A program made the position numbers and the translations under genes. Below the pieces are notes generated by a model. It had not been told where the DNA came from, did no database searches, and worked only from the letters and a program-made list of their open reading frames with translations. A stretch of DNA of 63,961 nucleotides, filler included, from an uncultured bacterium (GTDB lineage Bacteria; Latescibacterota; UBA2968), in the NCBI GenBank assembly GCA_964471275.1. It is 3 parts of 3 records of this genome, joined end to end, with 100 filler letters (N's around TTAATTAATTAA, not from the genome) between each part and the next. Parts side by side here need not be neighbours in the genome. Positions count along the whole stretch, not along the records: positions 49,301 to 63,961 come from CAYYGZ010000110.1; 2 more parts are not named here. The stretch is one strand, 5' to 3'. Below are positions 50,440 to 59,930 of this stretch, one piece after another; the stretch's first letter is position 1; the number at the start of each line of letters is the position of its first letter.

Positions 50440-50468
50440 TTGACATTGTAGATTTGTCTAAGTATATT
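50440..50468 (+). promoter_or_regulatory. sigma70-type promoter of the M23-bactofilin operon
   Basis: TTGACA-N17-TATATT, followed by an AGGAGG RBS. Confidence 0.7.
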
Positions 50469-50501
50469 CGCCGCTCCTGAAAGCCACTATAGGAGGGGCA
50501 T

Positions 50502-51329
50502 TTGGTCAAGCGACGGGCTCGGCAGCTATCCATACTGATTATTCCGGATGATGGTTCGAGCACGCGTGAATTCAAGCTCGGCTACGGGTTGATCCGAGGC
50601 CTTCTGCTGGGTGAGGCGGCGCTCTTTGTTCTGGTTATTCTGGGTGCGGTTTTCTACTCTCGCTCGCTCTACTGGGAGTCCGAGGCACTGCGGCTGATGC
50701 GCAGCAACCAGAGCCTCCAGAACGAGATGCGACAGGTCGGAGAACTGGCCGACGCCGTCACGCGTATGAAGCGTATGGAAAGGCAGCTCCACGTGATGCT
50801 GTCGCCAGCAGTCGATGTGCCCGCCTTGCCGATGCCCGCGAGCACATCGCAGCCGCCGACACTGACCCCGGAGGGACGGCTCGCTCAGACAGTGGCTCGT
50901 CTGCCCTCGTCCGGACTCTCGACGACGGACACGCGACTCGTCCCGACCGATTGGCCTGTCAGTCGTTTCGATGGTGTTGTCACCCAGGAATTCAGGCCAC
51001 CGTCCGGTACTATCCAAAACGGTCATTCGGGGATCGATATCGCCGCGTCTGAAGGAGCCATCGTCACGGCCGCCGCCGATGGCCGTGTCGTGTTTGCGGG
51101 AGAGGACAGCAAGCTGGGTCTTGTGATATCGATTGATCACTTCGGGGCCTACCTGACCCGCTACGGTCACAATTCCTCGTTGCTGGTCCGGATGGGGGAA
51201 GCCGTTCGCAAGGGGCAGGTCGTGGCCCTTGTCGGGAACACGGGGAAGAGCACGGGTCCCCATCTTCACTACGAAATCTGGCAGCAGGGAACAACCAGGA
51301 ATCCTCGGGATTTCCTATCGGGGTTTTGA
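50502..51329 (+). CDS. M23 family metallopeptidase (TM + coiled coil + LytM domain)
   Basis: HSGID, YGHN and STGPHLHYE motifs. Confidence 0.93.
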   Translation: MVKRRARQLSILIIPDDGSSTREFKLGYGLIRGLLLGEAALFVLVILGAVFYSRSLYWESEALRLMRSNQSLQNEMRQVGELADAVTRMKRMERQLHVMLSPAVDVPALPMPASTSQPPTLTPEGRLAQTVARLPSSGLSTTDTRLVPTDWPVSRFDGVVTQEFRPPSGTIQNGHSGIDIAASEGAIVTAAADGRVVFAGEDSKLGLVISIDHFGAYLTRYGHNSSLLVRMGEAVRKGQVVALVGNTGKSTGPHLHYEIWQQGTTRNPRDFLSGF

Positions 51330-51350
51330 GCCTAGAAGAGGGTTATTGCT

Positions 51351-51749
51351 TTGGCTATCAAATCGAAGAATCGAGAGCGCGCCGGTGTCGAGACGGTCGT
51401 TGGTGAAGGGAGCCGGCTCGAAGGTACGATCGTTGTCGCAGATGGAATCCGCGTCGATGGGATCGTGATGGGACGGCTCGAGGTCGGAGGAAGCATCCGG
51501 ATCGGTCGTACCGGGGAAGTGGCCGCCGATGTGAAGTGCGAGAAGGATGTTGTCGTGGCGGGCCGCGTGCAGGGCAATCTGACGAGCAAGGGCGAAATCA
51601 GGCTCGAGTCTTCTGCCGTCGTCGTGGGCGATGTGGTCGCGCTTCTGATGGTTGTCGAGGAAGGTGCGGTTCTGCGTGGGCAGTTTACGGTTGGTGCGGA
51701 CCACGAGGACGCTGCTGGCGACGGATTGTGTCAGGCTGCGAGCGGATAG
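51351..51749 (+). CDS. bactofilin (polymer-forming cytoskeletal protein)
   Basis: TVVGEG..LEG, IRVDG, V.GRVQG and L.VEEGA.L.G beta-helix repeats. Confidence 0.92.
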   Translation: MAIKSKNRERAGVETVVGEGSRLEGTIVVADGIRVDGIVMGRLEVGGSIRIGRTGEVAADVKCEKDVVVAGRVQGNLTSKGEIRLESSAVVVGDVVALLMVVEEGAVLRGQFTVGADHEDAAGDGLCQAASG

Positions 51750-51779
51750 CCGGGGAAAGGCGATGGAGTTGCAGAGAGG

Positions 51780-51808
51780 CTGGCCGAGGATTCTCGGCTA
51801 GTTTTTTT
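51780..51808 (+). terminator. intrinsic terminator
   Basis: CTGGCCGAG-gatt-CTCGGCTAG followed by T7. Confidence 0.75.
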
Positions 51809-51813
51809 GTTGT

Positions 51814-53118
51814 CTATACGCTATATCGGCCGTCAGGCAGCATGCGCTTCGCGTTCTCCGTGCTCAGCTTTACCTGGAGAAGCACGTTGTTGCCCTCGTA
51901 GCGCGTCGAGATGACTTCCCCGATCCGGTGGAGGTCCGAGATCAGGCGTCCCTCTGACTGCGGGAGGGCGAGATCGAGGGTGACCCTGGCCCCCTCGAGG
52001 TGGTGGTAGATGCTGCTTCTGAGTCGATCGAGACCGTCACCGGTTAGGCCGGATACAAAGACCGCGTCGGGATAGCGCTCTTGGAGGCCGGGCTTTAGAT
52101 CCTCGTCGACCTGGTCGATCTTGTTGAACACGAGGAGCGTGGGACGATCGACGATGCCAAGGTCCTCGAGCACGGACTCGACTGTTGCGATCTGATCATC
52201 GCGATGCTCGTAGCTCGCATCGACCACGTGGAGCAGAAGGTCGGCCTGGACAGTTTCTTCCAGAGTGCTTCGGAAGGAAGCGATCAGATGATGTGGAAGC
52301 TTTCGGATGAAGCCGACCGTATCTGTGGTGAGGATATCGCGGTTGTAGCCCAGATGTACGCGACGTGTCGTCGAGTCGAGTGTGGCAAACAGGCGGTCTT
52401 CAATCAGCACGTCTGCGCCCGAAAGTCCTTTGAGCAGTGTTGATTTACCTGCGTTGGTGTAGCCGACCAGTGCGGTCTTGAAGATACCCTCACGTTGCTT
52501 CCGGCCCGTTTCGCGTTGAAGCGCGATCTTGTTCAGCGTCTTATCCAGCGCATTGATCCGTGATCGTGTGGCACGGCGGTCGACTTCGAGTTGTGTCTCA
52601 CCGGGACCGCGTGTTCCAATCCCCCCGCTGGCCCCGCCTCCGCCGGCCTGACGTGAGAGATGTGTCCACTGGCGAGTCAGCCGTGGCAGCATATAGGTCA
52701 GCTGCGCCAGTTCGACCTGAGTCTGCGCTTCCTTGGTTTTGGCCCTGCTGGAGAAGATGTCGAGTATGAGCCGGCTGCGATCGATGATCTTCCGATCGAT
52801 CAGCGTTTCGAGGTTGCGTGTCTGCGCGGGTGAGAGGTCATCATCGAAGATGATAATTTTTGCGTCTATTTCCGCCGCAAGGTCTCTGACCGCTTCTGCC
52901 TTGCCCTTGCCGATGAAGTAGGCTTTGTCCGGATGGTCGCGTTCCTGGAGAGTCCGTTCGACGACGACGGCGCCGGCGGTGTCGGCCAACAGACCGAGCT
53001 CATCCAGCGTGTCCTCAACTTCCGAACGGCGCGTGCCGTTTGCTGCCAGGCCGACGAGAATGGCGCGTTCTGATGCCGCAGAGGGAGAGGTGGTGTAGGT
53101 GGCGGGTTCGCCGTTAAT
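51814..53118 (-). CDS. hflX: GTPase HflX
   Basis: GPGETQLE.DRR, GYTNAGKS, LFATLD, DTVGF and NKID motifs. The conserved N-terminus ERAILVG...LDEL lies upstream of the TTG used by the ORF track, so the start is uncertain. Confidence 0.95.
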   Translation of the reverse strand: MNGEPATYTTSPSAASERAILVGLAANGTRRSEVEDTLDELGLLADTAGAVVVERTLQERDHPDKAYFIGKGKAEAVRDLAAEIDAKIIIFDDDLSPAQTRNLETLIDRKIIDRSRLILDIFSSRAKTKEAQTQVELAQLTYMLPRLTRQWTHLSRQAGGGGASGGIGTRGPGETQLEVDRRATRSRINALDKTLNKIALQRETGRKQREGIFKTALVGYTNAGKSTLLKGLSGADVLIEDRLFATLDSTTRRVHLGYNRDILTTDTVGFIRKLPHHLIASFRSTLEETVQADLLLHVVDASYEHRDDQIATVESVLEDLGIVDRPTLLVFNKIDQVDEDLKPGLQERYPDAVFVSGLTGDGLDRLRSSIYHHLEGARVTLDLALPQSEGRLISDLHRIGEVISTRYEGNNVLLQVKLSTENAKRMLPDGRYSV

Positions 53119-53867
53119 TCTTGCCTGCCTTGACCATCGATTGGATTCGGTCNNNNNNNNNNTGCTCGTTCGAAGTCTTCAATTGCGACGGCTTCCTTCA
53201 ATTGATCCAACAGATCCTGCGTTAGGCTGCGTGGACGATCCTGTCGGATTTCGTCTGCCCATTCTCGGAGGAAATCGACCTCCTCGCTGTCGTCCACGAG
53301 GTCCGGGCGATCGAATTCCGTGAAGAGCGACTGTATTTCGTCGATGCCTTCTTCGATGTCCGTCAGGGCACCGTCGTAGTCGTCCGTCTCAAGTTTGAGG
53401 AGAGCGGACGCTCTGACGCGGTGACCGATTACGAAGGGACGATTTTGCTCGAATGCGATCTTGTCTTCTTCATCCGACGCATACTCTTTGACGAAGTCAA
53501 AAAGGTCGAGGTTTCGTTCGGCGTCTCGCTTCGCGCGTTCGTAGTCTTCAAGTTCGAGGAAGCTTATACGTCGGTGGTAGTACTGGAGGGCTTCAAGCTG
53601 AAGCATCATGCAAGTTTCAATATCGACGGTGAAGTCTTCCTTCTTGCCCGTCTTGTCGGATGCCTGAGCCTGATAGTAGGCCAGCAAGCTTTCATATCCG
53701 TGAGGACGCTGGCCGTCTGGACGTCCGGACATCTCCATCTGCAGAATGCCCATTTCGATCCGAAGCTGGATCTTTTTCCGTCCATCGACGCCCTTTATCT
53801 TGCGAACGCAGAGCTTTCCGGGGTCGTATGGCCAACCGTCAAGAAGGGGTTGTATGTCCTTGCCCAT
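53114..53867 (-). CDS. UvrB/UvrC motif-containing protein (spans the 10-N gap)
   Basis: IQLR...GILQME..GRPDG.RPHG N-terminus; C-terminal UVR motif LKEAVAIEDFERA-gap-DRIQSMVKAGKN*. Confidence 0.8.
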
Positions 53868-53952
53868 TGGGCGTATCCTTCTGCTTCTGGTTGCGAAAAA
53901 GCCCCTGACGAATCAGGGGCTCCACTTATTCTTAGTGTACAATAAAGGCCCA

Positions 53953-55707
53953 ATGATGTCAAGCAAGCCAACAGCCAATGGGATGCAGTCAGCACGGTTT
54001 TGGTTTGGAAAAATCGTGCTGACAATGGCTGTGTTGGGCTGCGGCCACGACGCGAGACTCGAGCCGGTGCGACACGAATCTGCAGCATTCCTGGTGGAAT
54101 CCAAGCGTGGCACGGAAGCCGTTTGTCACATACCCGGTTCCGTCTTCCTTATGGGAACAGATACCGGAGAAGAGGATGAACGGCCGGAGCGCCGGGTTCA
54201 CATTTCAGGCTTCTTTCTGCACGCGTCAGAAGTAACCGTGGATGGGTATGCCGAATGCGTGGATTCCGGAACGTGTCAGGAGCCGGCGATCGGTGGCGAA
54301 TGCAATTGGCGTGTTGCCGGTAGAGAAGACCACCCGGTGAACTGCGTCAGCTGGTATGACGCTGTGACCTACTGTGAGTGGGTGGGCGGCCGGTTGCCCA
54401 CCGAAGCCGAGTGGGAGAAGGCGGGACGAGGAGAGATCGGTCGGTACTATCCGTGGGGAGATGAGACCCCCGACTGCGATCGAGCGGCTATTGGGATCTC
54501 GCTCGGTTGCGGTGAGCTCTCAACCTGGCCGGTTGGGTCGTTTCCGGCGGGTCGTTCTGTATATGGCGTATCCGATCTCGTCGGAAACGTCTACGAGTGG
54601 ACGCTTGATTCGTACGATTCGCAATCCTACCGGTATGCGGGAGATGTCGACCCGGTGAACCTTCAAGATAGCAATTCAAAGGTCCTCCGTGGCAACTCCT
54701 GGTACTACTCGGACCCCGCTCTCGATTCCCGACTCCCCAACCGGTATCCGTTCCCGCCACTTCGCTTCTATCCCTACATCGGGTTCCGATGCGCCTTCCC
54801 GGGAGACGAGGATCCCGTCGCGTTCAGTACGGCAGACGTCCTTGCGGAGAACCCGACGCTCGGGATTAGGAGCGGGAACTGGATGGATCGCAACCTGCAA
54901 GCACGCATGAAGGACGGAGAAGCCTTGCCCGACGATCGGTCGCTTCGGCAGGGAAAGGTGAAGATTCCGGCCGGGAAGTTCGTGATGGGGTCGGAGGAAG
55001 GAGAATATCACGAAAGACCCGTCAGGGAGGTGCACCTCAAAGCTTACGAGATCGATCGGTACGAGGTGAGCGTGGCCGAGTATGCGGAGTGCGTTGAGGC
55101 CGGGGTGTGTGTCGAGCCCTATGCGGGAGGTCCCGTGTTCCCGAAGGAGTGGGAGTGGGAGAACTGCAACTGGGGCGTCGCAGGACGTGCGTATCACCCG
55201 ATCAACTGTGTCAACTGGAATGAGGCGAACACGTTCTGCCGGTGGGCGGAAAAACGGCTGCCCACGGAAGCTGAGTGGGAGAAGGCTGCGCGGGGTGTGG
55301 ACGGTAGGCGGTATCCGTGGGGGAGCGAACAGCCGGACTGCGATCGTGCCGTGATCGACGCAGGGGGCGATGGGTGCGGTCGGGAGACCACGTGGCAGAT
55401 CGGGTCGAAGCCGCTGGGCGAGAGCCCCTACGGCGTGTCAGATATGTCGGGGAACGTGTGGGAGTGGGTGGATGATTGGTATGCGTATGACTATTACACA
55501 CGGGCTCCGGACAAGAACCCGCGAAATACGGACGAGCTCCCGGCTACACTGCAGGCGGGATGGGTAACCGGCAAGGTGCTGCGCGGCGGTTCGTGGGCGG
55601 ACCAGGCGACCTCTATCCACAGCGCCTCTCACCGGCTGGGATATCCTCAGAATGTCGCTCCCGACTATACGGTCGGGTTCCGGTGTGCTCGTGATGTTAC
55701 CCCTTGA
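53953..55707 (+). CDS. lipoprotein with two tandem FGE-sulfatase (SUMF1/EgtB/PvdO) domains
   Basis: Lipobox VLGC; two copies of F.MGS/T, HP.NCV.W, RLPTEAEWEKA, GNV.EW and GFRC. Confidence 0.88.
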   Translation: MMSSKPTANGMQSARFWFGKIVLTMAVLGCGHDARLEPVRHESAAFLVESKRGTEAVCHIPGSVFLMGTDTGEEDERPERRVHISGFFLHASEVTVDGYAECVDSGTCQEPAIGGECNWRVAGREDHPVNCVSWYDAVTYCEWVGGRLPTEAEWEKAGRGEIGRYYPWGDETPDCDRAAIGISLGCGELSTWPVGSFPAGRSVYGVSDLVGNVYEWTLDSYDSQSYRYAGDVDPVNLQDSNSKVLRGNSWYYSDPALDSRLPNRYPFPPLRFYPYIGFRCAFPGDEDPVAFSTADVLAENPTLGIRSGNWMDRNLQARMKDGEALPDDRSLRQGKVKIPAGKFVMGSEEGEYHERPVREVHLKAYEIDRYEVSVAEYAECVEAGVCVEPYAGGPVFPKEWEWENCNWGVAGRAYHPINCVNWNEANTFCRWAEKRLPTEAEWEKAARGVDGRRYPWGSEQPDCDRAVIDAGGDGCGRETTWQIGSKPLGESPYGVSDMSGNVWEWVDDWYAYDYYTRAPDKNPRNTDELPATLQAGWVTGKVLRGGSWADQATSIHSASHRLGYPQNVAPDYTVGFRCARDVTP

Positions 55708-56992
55708 GCAGGCCGATGTGTTTGACGACTGCTTCCTGAGCCCTGCCAAGTTCCTTATTGCCGTGGCTGGCGCCCACATACCACCGTCCATCCGGCAGCA
55801 GCTGTAATCCCTCGATCAGCATTGCTTTCCGGAAAGCCGTGTATGCGTCGAGGTCGACACCGGCATAGCCGCGATAGTCCGACGGCGCGGTCCCACTGCC
55901 CGGGTGTACGTTGAACACGGTGCCCGCGCCCGATGTGCTTAGCGTGATGCCGTGACCGGACGCTTCCTTTGTGAAGGTGTCACGAATCGCCTGCCCGTGC
56001 ACGTGCATCCGGTCATACAGACCGGGTGATTCCGACAGGATGTCGAGCGTCGCCAGACCGGCTGCGAGGTTGACTGTAGCGCCGTTGTATGTCCCGGTGT
56101 GCGTGGTCGAGCCGTCACGGAGCGGGTCGAACAGGTTCCGATTTCCCGCGATTGCCGCTAGGCTGAACCCGCCGGCCAGTGCCTTTGCATAGACCGAGAG
56201 GTCAGGGATGACGTCGTAGTACTCTCGAGCCCCTCCCAGCGCTAGCCGGAACCCCGTGATGACTTCATCGAAGATCGAAACGGCGCCGTGCCTAGCACAG
56301 AGGTTGACGGCATCCTGCAGGAATCCGTCAGCTGGCTCGATCGATCCGGAGTTCGCGTTTAGAGGCTCCATAATCACAGCGGCGATGTCGCCCTGGGCGA
56401 GTTCGCGCTCGAGCAAGTCGAGACGGTTCCAGGGCAGCACACGCGTGTGTGCGAACTCCTCCTCCGGCTGACCCCCGCAGCTCGCAAGGACGTTCGGGGA
56501 CTCGAGCGGTCCGGCTTCCGCGAGGTCGGGATGGTAGCTCAACAGGACATTATTCATCCAACCGTGGTAGTGGCCCTCGAACTTGATGAACGCCGATCGA
56601 TCCGTTTTGGCCCTCGACAAGCGAAGTGCCGCCTGGACAGCTTCCGATCCCGTGTTCGAGAAGATGACCTGGTCTGCACCCGGGACGAGTGAGACGATCT
56701 TCTCGGCGAGCGCGATCTCGCCTTCGTGCTGCGCGCCGAGCGTGTAGGATTTTCGGAGCGCGACGGTGACCGCTTCGTTCAGCTGTGGATGGTTGGATCC
56801 GAGGATGAGTGGACCCCAGGCGAGGGTGTAGTCCAGAAGCTCGTTCCCGTCGACGTCGTAGTAGTAGGGACCCTCTGCACGTTCGAAGAAGAGGGGCGGG
56901 TCGGTGACGCTGGCCCGCATTCCGGAGGATACGCCTAGGGCAAGGACGTCACTGCTGCGGGTAAACAGTTCAGCAGATCGGGATGTGTTCAT
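55697..56992 (-). CDS. class III aminotransferase, glutamate-1-semialdehyde aminomutase-like
   Basis: DVDGN..LDY...WGP.ILG, NTGSEA, KFEGHYHG, FDEVITGFR, AKALAGG and GTYNG motifs; ATGA overlap with the upstream gene. Confidence 0.88.
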   Translation of the reverse strand: MNTSRSAELFTRSSDVLALGVSSGMRASVTDPPLFFERAEGPYYYDVDGNELLDYTLAWGPLILGSNHPQLNEAVTVALRKSYTLGAQHEGEIALAEKIVSLVPGADQVIFSNTGSEAVQAALRLSRAKTDRSAFIKFEGHYHGWMNNVLLSYHPDLAEAGPLESPNVLASCGGQPEEEFAHTRVLPWNRLDLLERELAQGDIAAVIMEPLNANSGSIEPADGFLQDAVNLCARHGAVSIFDEVITGFRLALGGAREYYDVIPDLSVYAKALAGGFSLAAIAGNRNLFDPLRDGSTTHTGTYNGATVNLAAGLATLDILSESPGLYDRMHVHGQAIRDTFTKEASGHGITLSTSGAGTVFNVHPGSGTAPSDYRGYAGVDLDAYTAFRKAMLIEGLQLLPDGRWYVGASHGNKELGRAQEAVVKHIGLLKG

Positions 56993-59595
56993 CGATGGAT
57001 TCCTGGTTTGATTTTGCAGGTTGGGCAAACGTCGCGGAGTTGGCGACGTCGCGTTTCTCGAATCAGCTTTGCGGGGACGAGAGTCGAGACTGCGTTCCCA
57101 ATCTTGCCCGATGTCTGTCGAGGGTTTCTGGATAGTGATGCATTCAGTCGATCGGGTCCGATGGGACAGCGTTCACTCCGCCACTCGAGCGTCGGTACCG
57201 TTCTGATCTCGCCGGAGGGTTCGACGATCGGACGCCGGTTTCCGAAGGGGTCGATGCAGCTGCACGGCACGGACATCTCGCCGACGTGGTAGGCTGTGCT
57301 CGATGTGTGGGTGACCCCGAGTGACAGGACATATCCATCAGCCCGGATGAGGCGTGCGATCGGATCTTCGTCCGTCCAGATGCCCGCCTCAGCGTGACCG
57401 GCGACGAGCTCTCGTGCGATCGGCCCGTATGCGGCAACCGCGTGCGACGGATGATTGGATCGTTCGATTCCCGGTCTGCGCCAGAATGCGTCGGGTATCG
57501 CGCCGTTCGTCGTGGGACTGGTTCGTGGATTATAAGGGTAAGCCCACCCGTGGTTGAAGGAAGGCATGACCAAGGTCCCGCGCCTGCCGACTACAGAGAG
57601 CAGCGCGTCCACGACACCGTCGGCGCCACCTTCGACGTGGCCAATTGCTGACAGAGAGCTGTGCACCATAACGTTCTGGCCCCGCTGCAGACCAAGCCGC
57701 TTGAGATCCGAAATGAGCCCGCTGCCCGTGATCACAGAGCCCGGATCGACCGTGTCTGTATAGCCCAGGTCACTGTGTGCATCGAAAAACTGAGAAACCT
57801 TTTCGGGCAAGATCTCTTTCTCCTGCTCCTGCGAGATCAATCGCGTAATCTCGGCGATCGTACGTGTGCCATCTGCCCAGTAGAGTGCCCAGGGAGGTAG
57901 TCCTGCTTCCCGTATGCGGCCGGCGATCGACTCGCGTGTGTTCTCGGGGGTGGGTGTGATCGGTCGTTTCCGACGAGGGATTTTCCCAAACAGCGCGTGT
58001 CGGCTTCGGGGTCTGCGTTTCTGGGGACCCGCTTCCCTGACGCGGCGTTCCATCTCACTCAGACCGTTCAGGATTTCGCTTCGCGATCCTCCCCATATCC
58101 AGCGCTTCAGCCGCTCCATCGAAACGTGATGCTGTAGACGAAGGTATTCAGCCTTGTCGGCATACTTCAGCCGACATATCTGTTCGCTGGTCCGGTGTGT
58201 CTCCGCGGCAGCAATCTCCATAATGTCCCGGTTCTCGGCGTTCGCCAGATACAGTAGATAGGATGCCGTCGTCAGCGTCGATGTCGCGAGTCCTTTTGGG
58301 CTGAGCAACGCGGGGACATCCGCCGAGGAGTGGTAGGCTTTCCAGACACGATCGCCCTTCCGGTAGTGGGTCGTGATCCAGGGACAGGGGAAGCCGTATT
58401 TGGGATCACCGGCAAGCGTGTCCGATGTCGAGACAAAGGATCCGGTTACAAGACGATAGCCCGGGTTGATCTTTCTGATCGCAGAACTCGCGACACTTGT
58501 ACCGATACGGTCGACAAACGTGGCGCTCATCGGGATGGTTGCCCGCCAGGAGAACTGACCGTCACAGATGTCCGGTTTCGACCCGACGGTGTCGACACAG
58601 AGACCTGCTAGCGGTGTCTGAAGTCGGCGATGAAACTCCATGTAATTGAAGAAAGCGTAGCACTCGAACCCGGAAAGAAACCGGATCGGTCGTCTGGGGC
58701 GCTGAATGCTGCCCGATCGGATCGCGGCCTCCAATGCCCGCGCGGCCTCGAGGCAGACGGCAACCCCCGAAGCATTGTCGATAGCGCCCGGTTCCGCACT
58801 GTGGGCGAGCACCCAGAGCTCGTCCTCGGGGCCGGCGGCGCCCTTGACGACTCCGCTTACCAGGTCGTGGTCTCCGATGTAAGGACGCACGTCGACCTTC
58901 AGGTGCAGCCTCAGCCGGCCGTGTCGATCCACCAGGGATCTCAGTCGTCTGCCTTCCGTCTCCGAGAGCACGAGTCCAACGAGACGGGCCCCCGCCTCGT
59001 GGAGTGGGATGGCGCCCCAACCGAACTTGGTCCATGCCGTTGCGTTCGGAAGGTCTCTGATCGGTTTGTCGGTGATGACCGCCAATGCTCCCGATGCAGA
59101 GAGCTTCCCGATCAAGCCCCTGACGGCCATCCGGGTCAGGACCGTCCTGCCCTGGAGATTTCGCTCCTGCTTCGCCAACTCCTCTTCCGAGTCAATGACG
59201 ATGAGGTCGGACCGGAGTCCGCCGCGAGGCGTGGATGCACTCCACTGAATGACCTGCCAGGGATTCTTCTTGTAGTCGATGATCCTTCTTTTCAGCGGCG
59301 ACACCACATCGACGGTCGCACTCCGAATGTCCGAGGCCTCCCGGATAATCCAGCGCCCCGTTCCCGACTCGCCGCCTGTTCGTATCGAGTAGACCTCGGC
59401 CTCTGCTCCCGACTGTCCATAGGAGTCGGTAAGGAAGCGGGTTGTGTCGTGAAAACGGTCGAAAGAGTTCCATCGGTCCATCTCGCAGATCGAACGGACG
59501 TCCTTCAGGGCGCGTCCACCGGAGATTGCCTTGTGGAGGGCAGCACCGTCCGTTCGTAAGAAACGAGCGAGATTGGGATTACTCGGGTCAGGCAT
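56989..59595 (-). CDS. fusion of an M28/DUF4910-like peptidase domain and an AAC(3)/YokD family N-acetyltransferase
   Basis: AH..EPGAIDNASG and YHSSAD in the N-terminal part; C-terminal VMVHSSLS.IG.V.GG, GTLVMP, RS.HP and LG....ST.YH..E. Confidence 0.82.
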   Translation of the reverse strand: MPDPSNPNLARFLRTDGAALHKAISGGRALKDVRSICEMDRWNSFDRFHDTTRFLTDSYGQSGAEAEVYSIRTGGESGTGRWIIREASDIRSATVDVVSPLKRRIIDYKKNPWQVIQWSASTPRGGLRSDLIVIDSEEELAKQERNLQGRTVLTRMAVRGLIGKLSASGALAVITDKPIRDLPNATAWTKFGWGAIPLHEAGARLVGLVLSETEGRRLRSLVDRHGRLRLHLKVDVRPYIGDHDLVSGVVKGAAGPEDELWVLAHSAEPGAIDNASGVAVCLEAARALEAAIRSGSIQRPRRPIRFLSGFECYAFFNYMEFHRRLQTPLAGLCVDTVGSKPDICDGQFSWRATIPMSATFVDRIGTSVASSAIRKINPGYRLVTGSFVSTSDTLAGDPKYGFPCPWITTHYRKGDRVWKAYHSSADVPALLSPKGLATSTLTTASYLLYLANAENRDIMEIAAAETHRTSEQICRLKYADKAEYLRLQHHVSMERLKRWIWGGSRSEILNGLSEMERRVREAGPQKRRPRSRHALFGKIPRRKRPITPTPENTRESIAGRIREAGLPPWALYWADGTRTIAEITRLISQEQEKEILPEKVSQFFDAHSDLGYTDTVDPGSVITGSGLISDLKRLGLQRGQNVMVHSSLSAIGHVEGGADGVVDALLSVVGRRGTLVMPSFNHGWAYPYNPRTSPTTNGAIPDAFWRRPGIERSNHPSHAVAAYGPIARELVAGHAEAGIWTDEDPIARLIRADGYVLSLGVTHTSSTAYHVGEMSVPCSCIDPFGNRRPIVEPSGEIRTVPTLEWRSERCPIGPDRLNASLSRNPRQTSGKIGNAVSTLVPAKLIRETRRRQLRDVCPTCKIKPGIHR

Positions 59596-59641
59596 CGGGA
59601 TAAATATATGTTTTAGAAGAACTTATCGGTGACGGTTTCTG

Positions 59642-59668
59642 TCAAGAATTGGCAAAAAATGCCGATAT
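59642..59668 (+). promoter_or_regulatory. sigma28 (FliA/SigD)-type promoter
   Basis: TCAAG-N14-GCCGATAT, about 50 bp upstream of the small membrane protein gene. Confidence 0.6.
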
Positions 59669-59717
59669 AAATAATACGTAGCACGAAGATGCCTCAGGCC
59701 CGCACTCTACGAATCGG

Positions 59718-59930
59718 ATGATTGTCATGACACTCTTCTATTTACTGCTGATCGCGCACATCGTGGTTGGGCTGTTCTGCGCCCATCTCGTAAGAGGCGT
59801 CGGCCTTAAAGCGAAATCTTGGTTTGTCGCAGGTACTGTTCTCGGTGGGTTGGGTCTCCTGCTCTGCTGTCTCAGACTGGCCGATTGGAAACCCTCGTTC
59901 AAGCGAACACGAATCGCGAGGCCTGTATGA
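59718..59930 (+). CDS. small two-helix membrane protein
   Basis: Two hydrophobic segments, W...G..LG..GL pattern and ATGA coupling to the next gene. Confidence 0.55.
   Translation: MIVMTLFYLLLIAHIVVGLFCAHLVRGVGLKAKSWFVAGTVLGGLGLLLCCLRLADWKPSFKRTRIARPV

Noticed and set aside
52866..53152. C-terminal tail of the 333-aa ORF overlapping hflX
   Set aside because: A frame artefact of the 10-N gap. The UVR motif continues in another frame and stops at 53114.
54680..55700. Possible diversity-generating retroelement target regions in the FGE domains
   Set aside because: No reverse transcriptase or adenine-variant template repeat is visible in the window.
55697..56992. Assigning the symbol hemL
   Set aside because: The N-terminal motif is GVSSGMR instead of GVNSPVR and there are no heme genes nearby, so it is probably a paralogue.
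56989..57750. AAC(3) domain as an antibiotic-resistance gene
   Set aside because: It is fused to another enzyme in a chromosomal metabolic context with no adjacent mobile element, and the family includes many non-resistance members.
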